The translations under genes were made by a program, and so were the position numbers. The notes under the pieces were generated by a model. It was not told the DNA's origin and did no database searches. It saw only the letters and a list, made by a program, of their open reading frames with translations. 32,000 nucleotides of DNA from Desulfocapsa sulfexigens DSM 10523 (GTDB taxonomy: Bacteria; Desulfobacterota; Desulfobulbia; Desulfobulbales; Desulfocapsaceae): assembly GCF_000341395.1 (NCBI RefSeq), contig NC_020304.1, positions 1,560,001 through 1,592,000 of the forward strand, in the 5' to 3' direction. Shown here in pieces: positions 9,860 to 19,553 of this stretch (its first letter is position 1; every line of letters begins with the position of its first letter).

Positions 9860-10516
9860 TTAGAAGAGAGGTTCAGAGTAAAATTCGAGTCTCTTACCAC
9901 TCCTGGGGTGAGCAAAGGAAAGGAAACAGGCATGTAGTTTCAGTAATCCAGGGCCGGTTCCAGTTCCGTAGAGCGGATCGCCGACAATAGGTATTCCGAG
10001 ACCATGTTCAGAAGCGGCGTGAACCCTCAGCTGATGGGTTCTTCCGGTGAGAGGTGTGAACTCGATTCGTGTTTTACCATCTTGTACCAGAAGCTTTTTC
10101 CAGTGGGTAATTCCTATTTTTCCGTGAACCGGATCGTAAATCTGATGCGGTCTATTATCAATGTCGAGGCGGAAAGGAAGTTCGACGACACCTTCACTGC
10201 CATCTAATTCGCCATCGAGAATGGCGATATAGCGTTTATGTACCTCGCGCTCCTGAAATTGAATAGAGAGGTTGCGATGTACTTCTTTGGTTCGCGCGAC
10301 CACCAACAGTCCCGAGGTGTCCATATCGAGGCGGTGGACCGAGGGCTGTTCGATGCAGCCCGGATACAATGCTTTTACCCGCTCGCTGACACAATCCAGG
10401 TTTTCCGAACCACGACCGGGAACCGAGAGCAGCCCACTGGACTTTACTACCACGATAAATTCGGGTTCTTCATACATTACCTGCATTGTTTTCATCGATA
10501 ATTCACCTTTGTACAT
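9860..10516 (-). CDS. RluA family pseudouridine synthase
   Basis: GLLSVPGRGSENLDCVSERV...SVHRLDMDTSGLLVVARTKEVHRNLSIQFQEREVHKRYIA...LTGRTHQLRVHAA...GIPIVGDPLYG. Confidence 0.93.
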   Translation of the reverse strand: MYKGELSMKTMQVMYEEPEFIVVVKSSGLLSVPGRGSENLDCVSERVKALYPGCIEQPSVHRLDMDTSGLLVVARTKEVHRNLSIQFQEREVHKRYIAILDGELDGSEGVVELPFRLDIDNRPHQIYDPVHGKIGITHWKKLLVQDGKTRIEFTPLTGRTHQLRVHAASEHGLGIPIVGDPLYGTGTGPGLLKLHACFLSFAHPRSGKRLEFYSEPLF

Positions 10517-10566
10517 CCGAAAAAAGAAGAATCATGATTCCCCTGATTTTTCGATAATGCGTTATT

Positions 10567-12024
10567 CTATAATAACGATCTATCCACTGACGCAAGTGGC
10601 ATCTGAAGGATGGGTTCAAAAAGAGAAAATCTGCGGGGAAACATCATTCTGACGACGATCCGGTTGACAGGGGCAGCATCATTTCCGATCTCAATCGTAC
10701 CCTGGTGGAGTTCTACTATCCGTTTAACAATGGTTAAACCAAGCCCAGATCCACCAAGGGCAGTGGACCGTGATTTCTCAACCCGATAAAACTGGCTGAA
10801 GAGCTGTTTCAGTGCATCCTCGGGAATCGTTTTGCCCGTGTTTGATAACTCCATTATAATGCTGTTGTCTTTTCGCCGAAGAGAAAAACGAATTTCACCG
10901 TTCGTTTCAATGTTATACTTGATGGCGTTGTCAATCAGATTGATCAGAACTCTCCGCATTTTCTCAGTATCCACAGGGAGACGGATAGCATCTTCCATAT
11001 CCAGTAAAAGGCGTATCCCAGCACTTTGAATGATCTCGTTAAATTCCTTGAAAACCGATCTTGCCAACTCCGTCAAATCAGTGAGTTTCGAATCAAGAGT
11101 TTCATTGCGTTCAAGGGCCGACAGATCAAGGAGATTTTTCACCAGTTGATTCATGCGAAGGGTAACACCGGACTGGGCTACCAGTTTCTGTCTGAAACTC
11201 TCCGGCAGGTCATTGCGTTGCACTGCCTCGTCAAAAAAGAGCCGCTGTAAGGCAATTGGAGTTTTTAATTCATGGGAAGCATTAGCGATGAACTCTTTCT
11301 GTTTCTTGAAAGAGAACTGTAAGCGGTCAAACATCTGATTCAGAGACGAAGAAAGAGCATAAAGTTCATCCTTATTCCTGCCCAGTGGAATCCTTTGATC
11401 CAAGGTTTTTTCACTGATTTCCCGAGCCAGGCTATTAATGGCTGAGATTGGCTGGAGAATCTTACCGGCGACAAAATATCCAAACAGAAGCAGAGCCAAC
11501 GTGAAAAAAACAAGTCCGATTCCAATGGCAATAACCAGTTCGAGGATCTCTTCCCAGAGTTTTTCTATTGGTCTTGCAATCTGAACCAGATAGTTTTCTC
11601 CCTCGAAAAGAATAGTGGCGACGCGGACCCGAAAGGTAACCTTATTACTTTCATCCTGTTCAAGGGAGGTTGCTTCCAGCGGAACTGTCGTATGGATATT
11701 GTACCGTTTGTCATTTCCCTTCAACGGGATATCCACAAACTGGGTCATGTTGGAGGCGAAGATGCAATTTTGTTTGTGGTCAAAGACCTTGAACCAGTAC
11801 AGTTTGCCCAGTGAAAGCAGCATGCTTGTATCTGATGGGGCCGTCAGGCTGCCGTTTTGGGGAGAGAGGCCGGCAAGAATGGTATGCGCTTGGCTGTCCA
11901 GCTCTTTATCCAATAGTTCAAAAGGCTGTTCAGTCAGTTCGTAGGAGATGACAATGGAAAAAAGGAGTGCAGCGAGCAGCCCGGCACCTGTTATCCAGAG
12001 GGTGATCTTGTTGCGGATTTTCAC
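10567..12024 (-). CDS. Membrane sensor histidine kinase (HAMP-HisKA-HATPase)
   Basis: 485 aa; HAMP-like segment, FIANASHELKTPIALQR, INLIDNAIKYN, GGSGLGLTIVKRIVELHQG. Confidence 0.93.
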   Translation of the reverse strand: MKIRNKITLWITGAGLLAALLFSIVISYELTEQPFELLDKELDSQAHTILAGLSPQNGSLTAPSDTSMLLSLGKLYWFKVFDHKQNCIFASNMTQFVDIPLKGNDKRYNIHTTVPLEATSLEQDESNKVTFRVRVATILFEGENYLVQIARPIEKLWEEILELVIAIGIGLVFFTLALLLFGYFVAGKILQPISAINSLAREISEKTLDQRIPLGRNKDELYALSSSLNQMFDRLQFSFKKQKEFIANASHELKTPIALQRLFFDEAVQRNDLPESFRQKLVAQSGVTLRMNQLVKNLLDLSALERNETLDSKLTDLTELARSVFKEFNEIIQSAGIRLLLDMEDAIRLPVDTEKMRRVLINLIDNAIKYNIETNGEIRFSLRRKDNSIIMELSNTGKTIPEDALKQLFSQFYRVEKSRSTALGGSGLGLTIVKRIVELHQGTIEIGNDAAPVNRIVVRMMFPRRFSLFEPILQMPLASVDRSLL

Positions 12025-12701
12025 TTGTCGTCATCCTTGATTATATAGCCAACACCCCGAACGGTACGAATAATCTGCCCCTTAGAATCATCAATTTTTT
12101 TTCGTAGATTTTTGATATGTACATCTATAGAATTGGACATGGTCCAGGGATCAAATTCATCTCCCCAGACATGTTCAGCGATGCTTACGCGTGATATCGC
12201 CCTGTTTATATTGTACATCAAGAACTCAAGAATTGAGAATTCTTTTAGCGTCAGTTCAATCAGTTGCCCGTCCTTATGGACCTCTCTTTTAGCAGGGTCC
12301 AGGGTGATAGTATTAACCTCCAGGACTGGTGAGACAAGCTCGTTGCTGCGTCGTAACAGAGCACGCATCCTTGCCAGGAGTTCTTCCATGGAAAAGGGCT
12401 TGGCCAGGTAGTCATCCGCCCCCATATCCAACCCTTTGATCTTATCCTCGATCGCTCCTTTGGCCGTCAACATCAGGACCGGAGTGGAGTTCTTTTCGTC
12501 ACGGAGCTCGAAGAGTACTCCAAAGCCGTCCCTTTTGGGGAGCATTATATCCAGTAAGATAAGGTCATAGGGCTCAACATATATTTTTTCCAGGGCCTCC
12601 TCTCCGTCAAATGCCGTATCAACGGTGTATTTCTGCTGGGTCAGGGCGAGCCGGATCTGTTCAACCAGGTTCTCTTCGTCGTCAACAATGAGAATTCTCA
12701 T
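12021..12701 (-). CDS. OmpR-family response regulator
   Basis: 226 aa; MRILIVDDEENLVEQI, DLILLDIMLPKRDGF, DDYLAKPFSMEELLARMRALLRR, winged helix HIKNLRKKIDD...IRTVRGVGYII; overlaps kinase start by 4 nt. Confidence 0.95.
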   Translation of the reverse strand: MRILIVDDEENLVEQIRLALTQQKYTVDTAFDGEEALEKIYVEPYDLILLDIMLPKRDGFGVLFELRDEKNSTPVLMLTAKGAIEDKIKGLDMGADDYLAKPFSMEELLARMRALLRRSNELVSPVLEVNTITLDPAKREVHKDGQLIELTLKEFSILEFLMYNINRAISRVSIAEHVWGDEFDPWTMSNSIDVHIKNLRKKIDDSKGQIIRTVRGVGYIIKDDDK

Positions 12702-13204
12702 GTTTTTCCTTCAGGCGGTTTGCATTATGAGCTAATTCCAGCGAGCGCGATTCATCACTTTTGTGAGTGGATCAGGAGCATACAATAAAATCGCACCGTA
12801 TTCTAGCACCCTTTTATGAGGAAACGGTGAAGACTGCAGGGATACCATTGCCTGATTATCATCAAAACTCAGCTTTGCAACCCGGATCTGTTCCGTATCG
12901 ATTATATGGGACGCCATAAACCCATCCCTGGGGGCTCTGCTGCGGCCGTCCAGGCTGCAGATGCCCATATACTCAACATGAAACAACTCCTCCTCAGACG
13001 GGTAGGCTGAGGATTAGTGGTAATCAGGTACCATTTTGTTGCTCTAACCGGTGGACATCTTCATCTGTTCTTCATCTTCCCCTGTTATAAAGCTATTTAT
13101 TAATTTCCGCGAAGGATGCCAGTAGTAATGATTGGTTGTCATTCCTTTCCATTTACCTCAGCTTGGCGGGGCGCAGAAACTGGCATTAAGGATAGGGGGC
13201 AATA

Positions 13205-14929
13205 GTGTACAACAATATTTCGGTGAACAGAGGAATGCGAGTATTCAAAGGAGTGTTTGGCATCTATTCCGGGAAAAAAGAGGTCAGCGCGACAAAACTT
13301 ATTATTTCCACGGCCCTGTTTTTTGTGCTCTTCGGCAATATTGCTTTTTTTCAACACGTTTTCAGTATTTACCCGATCTCTTTTCAGAATATTGGCTTTC
13401 TTGGCTCCTTGGCTGTAGGTCTCACAGCCATATTGACTCTTTTTCTTACTCTGATAACGTCAAGATATACCATAAAACCTACACTGGTGATTCTGCTGAT
13501 CATTTCCTCCTTTACTGCCTACTTTATGGATAATTATAATGTGGTCATAGATGACATTATGATCCAGAGTATATTGGAGACGGACTTATCAGAAACATCC
13601 GATCTGGCAAGCTGGAGAGTTCTCTCTTATCTCCTCCTCCTTGGTGTGCTCCCCAGCCTGCTTGTTCAACGAGTGAAACTTGTTTCTCTTCCATTGAAAA
13701 AAACTGTTCTGTACAAGGCAAGAGATTGTGTTGTTTCCATACTGATATTAACTGTCATGATCTTCAGTTTCAGTAAGTTTTACACCTCATTTTTCAGGGA
13801 ACATAAACCGCTTCGCTATTATACCAATCCCTCCTATTACCTCTATTCCATAGGAAAATACGCTGCAGACATTCTTAGCCCCCAGGAAACTGGCGTGATG
13901 CCATTGGGGAAGGATGCCCAAGTTGTTAAGAGGCATGGTGAAGAACGCAACGACCGTAAAGAACTTGTGATTTTGGTGGTAGGGGAAGCCGTAAGGGCTG
14001 ATCACTTCTCCTTAAACGGCTATGAAAGAGAGACGAATCCACTGCTGGCACAGGAAAAAATAGTGAATTTCAGTGAAATGTATTCCTGTGGAACATCAAC
14101 TGCATACTCTGTTCCCTGTATGTTTTCTCATTACAACAGGAAGGACTATTCTCCCAGGAAAGGGAGGACAAATGAAAATATTCTCGATGTGTTGAACCAC
14201 ACAGATGCCATCGATGTTTTATGGAGAGACAATAATTCCGATTCGAAGGGTGTTGCTTTGCGGGTTCCCTATGAAGATTATTCAAAACCTGAAAACAACT
14301 CTGTCTGTTCAGATGGTGAGTGCAGAGACGAAGGAATGCTGGCCGGCCTTGATCATTACATAGACCAGCATCCTGGAAGAGACATTTTAATCGTGCTTCA
14401 TCAAATGGGAAATCATGGGCCAGCCTATTACAAAAGGTATCCGGAAGAATTTGAGAAGTTCCAACCGGTCTGCAGGACAAACCAGCTGGAAGAATGCACG
14501 CAGCAGGAAATCGTCAACGCCTATGATAATACACTGTTGTACACAGACTATTTTCTGTCCAAGGTGATTGGGTTATTAAAAGGATATGACAAAAGTCATA
14601 ATACTGCCATGCTTTATTTTAGTGATCATGGCGAGAGTCTTGGGGAAAAGGGGTTATATTTACACGGTATGCCATATGCTGTTGCGCCGGAAGCTCAGAC
14701 TCACATTGGTTCTTTAATGTGGTTTGGAGATGAGATTCGGGAGAAGATTGATGTGGAGAAGGTCAAAAAACACAAGGATCAACGATACAGTCATGACAAT
14801 CTGTTTCACACCCTGCTCGGTATCTTCGAGGTCGAGACGGGGGTGTACAATAACGAGCTGGATATTTTGTATAACCCAAGTTTTGGACTTGATTTGATTG
14901 GCGGTAATATCAGGACTATGTCGAAATAA
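13205..14929 (+). CDS. Phosphoethanolamine transferase, EptA/PmrC-like (sulfatase fold)
   Basis: 574 aa; N-terminal TM segments, VVGEAVRADHFSLNGYERETNP, CGTSTAYSVPCMFS, DVLWRDNNSDSKG, HQMGNHGPAYYKRYP, YFSDHGESLGEKGLYLHGMPY. Confidence 0.92.
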   Translation: MYNNISVNRGMRVFKGVFGIYSGKKEVSATKLIISTALFFVLFGNIAFFQHVFSIYPISFQNIGFLGSLAVGLTAILTLFLTLITSRYTIKPTLVILLIISSFTAYFMDNYNVVIDDIMIQSILETDLSETSDLASWRVLSYLLLLGVLPSLLVQRVKLVSLPLKKTVLYKARDCVVSILILTVMIFSFSKFYTSFFREHKPLRYYTNPSYYLYSIGKYAADILSPQETGVMPLGKDAQVVKRHGEERNDRKELVILVVGEAVRADHFSLNGYERETNPLLAQEKIVNFSEMYSCGTSTAYSVPCMFSHYNRKDYSPRKGRTNENILDVLNHTDAIDVLWRDNNSDSKGVALRVPYEDYSKPENNSVCSDGECRDEGMLAGLDHYIDQHPGRDILIVLHQMGNHGPAYYKRYPEEFEKFQPVCRTNQLEECTQQEIVNAYDNTLLYTDYFLSKVIGLLKGYDKSHNTAMLYFSDHGESLGEKGLYLHGMPYAVAPEAQTHIGSLMWFGDEIREKIDVEKVKKHKDQRYSHDNLFHTLLGIFEVETGVYNNELDILYNPSFGLDLIGGNIRTMSK

Positions 14930-14960
14930 CCGTTGGCTGGTCTGGAGTAAATCAACAGCA

Positions 14961-15674
14961 ATGTCCACAAGTGCTATCAACAAACAGACCTTTCCGTTTA
15001 TACTCTTTCTTCCCTTTCTTCTCGTCGCACTTAGTGTTGCGTTTGAATATAGCGGTCTGGATCTCTGGTGGGTATCCCTGTTTTTTGATTCAGACAAGCA
15101 ACTCTGGCCTTATCGTAATCATTGGTTATTTGAAGATATTCTCCACTCTGGAGGACAATTGTTTGATAAGGTTTTTGCCCTTATCTGGTTGCTTTCCTTT
15201 ATTGGTATCAATTTCAAAAAAGAGCTCGTCCAGTATCGAAAGATACTTTTATATTTTCTTCTTGCCAGTGCCGCTGCTCCAGCTCTTGTCGGTATAGGCA
15301 AAAACATGACCCATATTTATTCTCCCTGGGATCTGCAGGTATTTAACGGTGTCCTCCCCTATATCAGGTTGTTTGATCCTGTGCCAGCTGGTGCCCCGAT
15401 CGGGAATGCTTTTCCGGCTGGGCACGCATCCGGTGGCTACTGCTTTCTCAGTTTGTATTTCGTATTTCTCAGATATCGCTCTCCTTACAGGATCTATGGA
15501 CTCGTGTTTTCTTTGGTCATAGGGCTAGCCTTTGGTATAGCCCAGCAAGTCAGAGGTGCCCATTTCCCAAGTCATGATATGGTGACTATCTTGATCTGCT
15601 GGCATACATCCCTTGCTCTTTATCTTCTTTTCTATCCAGACGAATGGCGGTTTCTCTCAAGCCGCTGCCCCTGA
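14961..15674 (+). CDS. PAP2 superfamily phosphatase (membrane; lipid phosphatase-like)
   Basis: Hydrophobic segments with FPAGHASGGY and RGAHFPSHD motifs; track start 14898 overlaps upstream CDS, ATG at 14961 preferred. Confidence 0.85.
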   Translation: MSTSAINKQTFPFILFLPFLLVALSVAFEYSGLDLWWVSLFFDSDKQLWPYRNHWLFEDILHSGGQLFDKVFALIWLLSFIGINFKKELVQYRKILLYFLLASAAAPALVGIGKNMTHIYSPWDLQVFNGVLPYIRLFDPVPAGAPIGNAFPAGHASGGYCFLSLYFVFLRYRSPYRIYGLVFSLVIGLAFGIAQQVRGAHFPSHDMVTILICWHTSLALYLLFYPDEWRFLSSRCP

Positions 15675-15923
15675 GAGATCTCAGGTATCCAACTACCCAC
15701 CTGCCATTTTGTTCCATATCGCTTCCTGTAGTGTGAAAAACGGTGCTTGGGAACATTTCTTATGTTAGTAATACGCTCATTAGCAGTGCGCCGCAACTGT
15801 AAGTATAGGCAACTGTCATAGCCATGAATGTCAAACTAAAAGGTATCAAAGAAAATAGTACCAGTATTTATATGGAAGCACTTAATAAGCTGTTTTCTCG
15901 CCAAGTTTTCTGTTGGCATTTGT

Positions 15924-15934
15924 CCCCCCCCCCC
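15924..15934. repeat. Homopolymer tract, 11 C residues
   Basis: tgtCCCCCCCCCCCtcac about 32 nt upstream of the ATG at 15967. Confidence 0.9.
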
Positions 15935-15966
15935 TCACTTCCCATAATCGTATTTAAGGCCTGTGT

Positions 15967-17547
15967 ATGAAAAAGAAACAAGGTAGTAACAAGCATAAAA
16001 TCAGCCTCAGCATATGTCTTAATCTCAGCATTGCTGTCGTCATGATTCTTGTTTCAATCTTTATTTTCATGATCGACAAAGCACATATGAAGAAACAGGC
16101 ATTGATAGAAGCCCAGGAAAAGGCAAAAATCATCCTAGATAGAAATCTTGCGACTCATACATTTTTTGCAAAACAACTTAAACCAGCGGTTTTTAAACTT
16201 TCTGATCCGTATCGTCCTGAGGATTACTTTGAGCCAAGCTGGATGTCGTCAACCTATGCAGTCCGTGAAATAGATAAATATTTTAAATTATTAGGCTCGA
16301 AGGATTTCTATTATAAGGAGTGTGCTATCAATGCGCGTAGTCCTGAAAATGAAGCCGATGCTTTTGAGAGATCTTTTTTACAGGATCTCAACACAGATCC
16401 CCTGTTAAAAGAACGTACACTTATTCGCGAGGTAGACGGCCAATATTATTTTATGATTCTTAAACGTGGTGAAGTAATGGTGCAATCCTGTCTTCGTTGC
16501 CACACTATTCCTGAAAATGCCCCTAAAGGCTTAAGTGACATGTATGGCCCCGAGCGCAGTTTCGGGCGAAAGGTGGATGACGTTGTATCTGCAATTTCAA
16601 TCAAGATCCCACTTTCTAAAGCCTATGCGAACGCTGATAAGTACTCTAGGAAAACTTTGATTGTTTTGGCACTTTCCTTCTGTTTCTTGATGGTTGTTCA
16701 ATTTCTTATTTTTAGATTTTTTATGGTTGAGCCGCTTAGTCGGATAAGGAAGAAAGCAATTCAGATTATTGAAAACGATGAACATTTAGGTGAAGAAGTA
16801 CCGGTACCATTTACTCATGATTTAGGTGAAATGGCGACTGCTTTTAACCAGATGTCGAAGAAATTACGAAGACACGTTGATAATCTTGAACAGATCGTTA
16901 CTGAACGTACTTCAGAGCTTAATGCATCTAACGAGCAGTATAAATCGCTCTTTAATGGAATGATTAATGGCTTTGCCCTGCATGAGATTATTTTTGACAA
17001 TAACAATCGGCCAATTGATTATAAGTTTTTGGCTGTTAACCCGGCATTTGAAAGAATAACAGGTCTGAAAGCAAAAGATGTAATAGGTGGAACTGTGTTG
17101 GGAATTCTTCCCGGTACTGAGAAGTCTTGGATTGACAAGTATGGCAAGGTTGTCCTGTCCGGAGATTCAGTTTGTTTCGAAAATTATAGTGTGGAATTGG
17201 ACAAATATTTTTATATTTCAGCTTATCGGCCAGCAAAAAATCACTTTGCCTGTATTTTTGAGGATATCACTGAAAAAAAGAAGGTAGAAATAGAAAGAGA
17301 AAAACTGGTCGTTGCGCTTCAAAAATCACTTGATGAGATTAAAACCTTACGGGGGATTATTCCCATTTGCTCCACATGTCATAAAATAAGAAATGATGAA
17401 GGTTTCTGGCAGCAGGTCGATCAATATATTTCTGAACATTCTAAGGCAGTATTCAGCCACGGGATGTGTATGGAATGTTCGGATAAGTTGTATAGCGGAC
17501 AGGATTGGTATGATGAAGGTAAAAAAGACGGAACAATAGAAGAATGA
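15967..17547 (+). CDS. Membrane sensor: DUF3365 (c-type heme, Tll0287-like)-HAMP-PAS with C-terminal CxxC domain, no output enzyme
   Basis: SCLRCHTIPENAPKGLSDMYGPERSFG...SAISIKIPL, HAMP-like helix after TM, PAS, IIPICSTCHKIRNDEGFWQQVDQYISEHSKAVFSHGMCMECSDKLY. Confidence 0.85.
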   Translation: MKKKQGSNKHKISLSICLNLSIAVVMILVSIFIFMIDKAHMKKQALIEAQEKAKIILDRNLATHTFFAKQLKPAVFKLSDPYRPEDYFEPSWMSSTYAVREIDKYFKLLGSKDFYYKECAINARSPENEADAFERSFLQDLNTDPLLKERTLIREVDGQYYFMILKRGEVMVQSCLRCHTIPENAPKGLSDMYGPERSFGRKVDDVVSAISIKIPLSKAYANADKYSRKTLIVLALSFCFLMVVQFLIFRFFMVEPLSRIRKKAIQIIENDEHLGEEVPVPFTHDLGEMATAFNQMSKKLRRHVDNLEQIVTERTSELNASNEQYKSLFNGMINGFALHEIIFDNNNRPIDYKFLAVNPAFERITGLKAKDVIGGTVLGILPGTEKSWIDKYGKVVLSGDSVCFENYSVELDKYFYISAYRPAKNHFACIFEDITEKKKVEIEREKLVVALQKSLDEIKTLRGIIPICSTCHKIRNDEGFWQQVDQYISEHSKAVFSHGMCMECSDKLYSGQDWYDEGKKDGTIEE

Positions 17548-17590
17548 GATGGAATTTCTCTTCGAGAAATATTCGGAATTTTGGAGCTGA

Positions 17591-18967
17591 TTGAGGGACA
17601 TGATAGACACGTTTGTACAATATATAAATGACCATGAAGATTGGCTCATGGGGAGAATTCTGAAGTATGCTCAACAAAGAGATTACACAAAGTATACTTC
17701 CACTTTGAAAGAGGCTTGGCGTTTATCCATTTCAGGGTTGTCAAAATCCCTTGTTGAGTTGATTGAAGTAAGAGGAGACGATATTGAGCTGGGTCCCAAA
17801 GAAGATTACACCAGAGATCCAGCGACACAGTTTGGCATCATAGAAGCCAGGCGCCACAGGGAGCGAGGGATCAGTCTTGAGATGTTTCTTGGGCTGATGA
17901 AATATTACCATCAGTCCTATCAGGATTTAATCAAAGAATCACAGTTTACTACATCAGAAAAACAATATTTTGTCAATTTAATCAACAGGTTCTTTGATCG
18001 TGTGGAGATTTCTTTTTGTACAGCCTGGGCTTCTTCAGAACAAGACCAGTTGGTTGATGAGTTACAAGATCGAAACCGGCAGATGACAAACGAAAAGAAC
18101 AAATATCTCACTATTTTCGAAAGTTTATCCGAGCCTGTTTTTATTGTTTCCCCTGATGGGAATATCGAAAATATGAACCTGGCCGCTTCCAGGATGTTTA
18201 ATATTAATTCAGTTTCTGGATCAGGATACTATACAGATAATGAGGAAAAGCTAGTATTTGCAGAAGAGTTTCCCTGGTTGGCAGAGAGCTATGCTGCTTT
18301 TGTTTGGGGTAAAGAACAAAAGCAGCAGGGGGAAAGGACTCTTAATGTTAACGAACAGTATTTTCATATTTCCTTTTCCAGGTCTTTGGACATATCCGGA
18401 AAATTTTCTGAAATAATAGTGATAATTGCCGACATTACCAAGCGAAAAAAGCTGGAAAATGATCTAGAAAAACTCGCGACCACAGATCCATTGACGGGTG
18501 CAAAGAATAGGCGGGCATTCCTGCAGCTTTTTGAGCAGGAGCTAGACAGGAGTCAACGATATGATCATAAATTTTCTCTTCTAATGCTGGATATTGACCA
18601 CTTCAAAAACATTAATGATACCCATGGGCACGATTCTGGTGATAAAGTTTTAAAGCTTCTGGTTGCAGAAATTTATGGGATCCTGAGAGCGACCGACATG
18701 TTTGGCAGGTGGGGAGGAGAAGAATTTATTATTCTACTGCCAGAATCAAACATTCATCAGGCCTCAACCGTAGCCGAGAGACTGCGAGGGAATTTATCGA
18801 AGATAGAAGTCAGCACCGACGATGGTGCGCTTATAAAATTTACTGTTAGCATTGGAATGACAGTTGTTGAGAATAACGATGTTTTGCTTGATGGTATAAT
18901 AAAAAAAGCAGATCAAGCACTTTATCTGGCAAAAGATCAAGGCCGTAACAGGGTCGTAATACTGTGA
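17591..18967 (+). CDS. Diguanylate cyclase with RsbRD_N-like N-terminus and PAS
   Basis: YTSTLKEAWRLSISGLSKSLVE...EARRHRERGISLEMFLGLMKYYHQSY; PAS; GGDEF domain TTDPLTGAKNRRAF...RWGGEEFIILLPES. Confidence 0.92.
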   Translation: MRDMIDTFVQYINDHEDWLMGRILKYAQQRDYTKYTSTLKEAWRLSISGLSKSLVELIEVRGDDIELGPKEDYTRDPATQFGIIEARRHRERGISLEMFLGLMKYYHQSYQDLIKESQFTTSEKQYFVNLINRFFDRVEISFCTAWASSEQDQLVDELQDRNRQMTNEKNKYLTIFESLSEPVFIVSPDGNIENMNLAASRMFNINSVSGSGYYTDNEEKLVFAEEFPWLAESYAAFVWGKEQKQQGERTLNVNEQYFHISFSRSLDISGKFSEIIVIIADITKRKKLENDLEKLATTDPLTGAKNRRAFLQLFEQELDRSQRYDHKFSLLMLDIDHFKNINDTHGHDSGDKVLKLLVAEIYGILRATDMFGRWGGEEFIILLPESNIHQASTVAERLRGNLSKIEVSTDDGALIKFTVSIGMTVVENNDVLLDGIIKKADQALYLAKDQGRNRVVIL

Positions 18968-19553
18968 ACATTTGACCTTAATCGTTTAGCAGGCTTGTCA
19001 TTGTCATAAGTTTCTTGGCTTTCAAGATAACAATCAGCATATATTTCTACTGTCTTATGTGATTGACTTTGCCGCTGGTATTTTCTTTCCCTCCTTGTGT
19101 GCCAAAGTGGCAATAGATAAATGATATTAGCTTTGATTTCGTAGCGTATTTCGTATTGTTTAACGATAAGACGTCTTACATCTCGAGGTTTGAACTGGAA
19201 CAATTGCTCACCAATACGTGGATTATCTGAAAGAAGCGTCGGGTGTCATTTTATCCCTCCAATCATTATGATTATCCGTGAATAAATCCAGAATCTTTTT
19301 TCTGTCACATAATGTTAGCTGGGAGGACAATTTTTTGCGTTAATGTCAGAAACGATCAGAAAACGTCTCAAGCCTTCAGATTTTGCCCAGGGTTGAAGTT
19401 GGCAGTGTGGATTTTATCTGTAATCATATCAGGCGAGAGTAACAAATTTGAGAGTTTTTGCTTAACCAACATAAGGATTTCTTCAAAATCTATCCTTTAT
19501 TTTTCCCTAAGATTTTCTTGACTTGATTTAATATTTCATGAGATCATCAGTCT

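Noticed and set aside
9060-9863. Plus-strand ORFs 9060..9419, 9277..9684, 9290..9484, 9563..9937, 9681..9863
   Set aside because: Antisense to the 287-aa ORF, which has recognisable conserved motifs; none of these read like a known protein.
12732-12986. 84-aa minus-strand ORF upstream of the response regulator
   Set aside because: No recognisable family, occupies the intergenic regulatory space; cannot be supported as a gene from sequence alone.
18937-19203. 88-aa minus-strand ORF overlapping the end of the GGDEF gene
   Set aside because: Arg/Tyr-rich composition with no recognisable motif; likely spurious.
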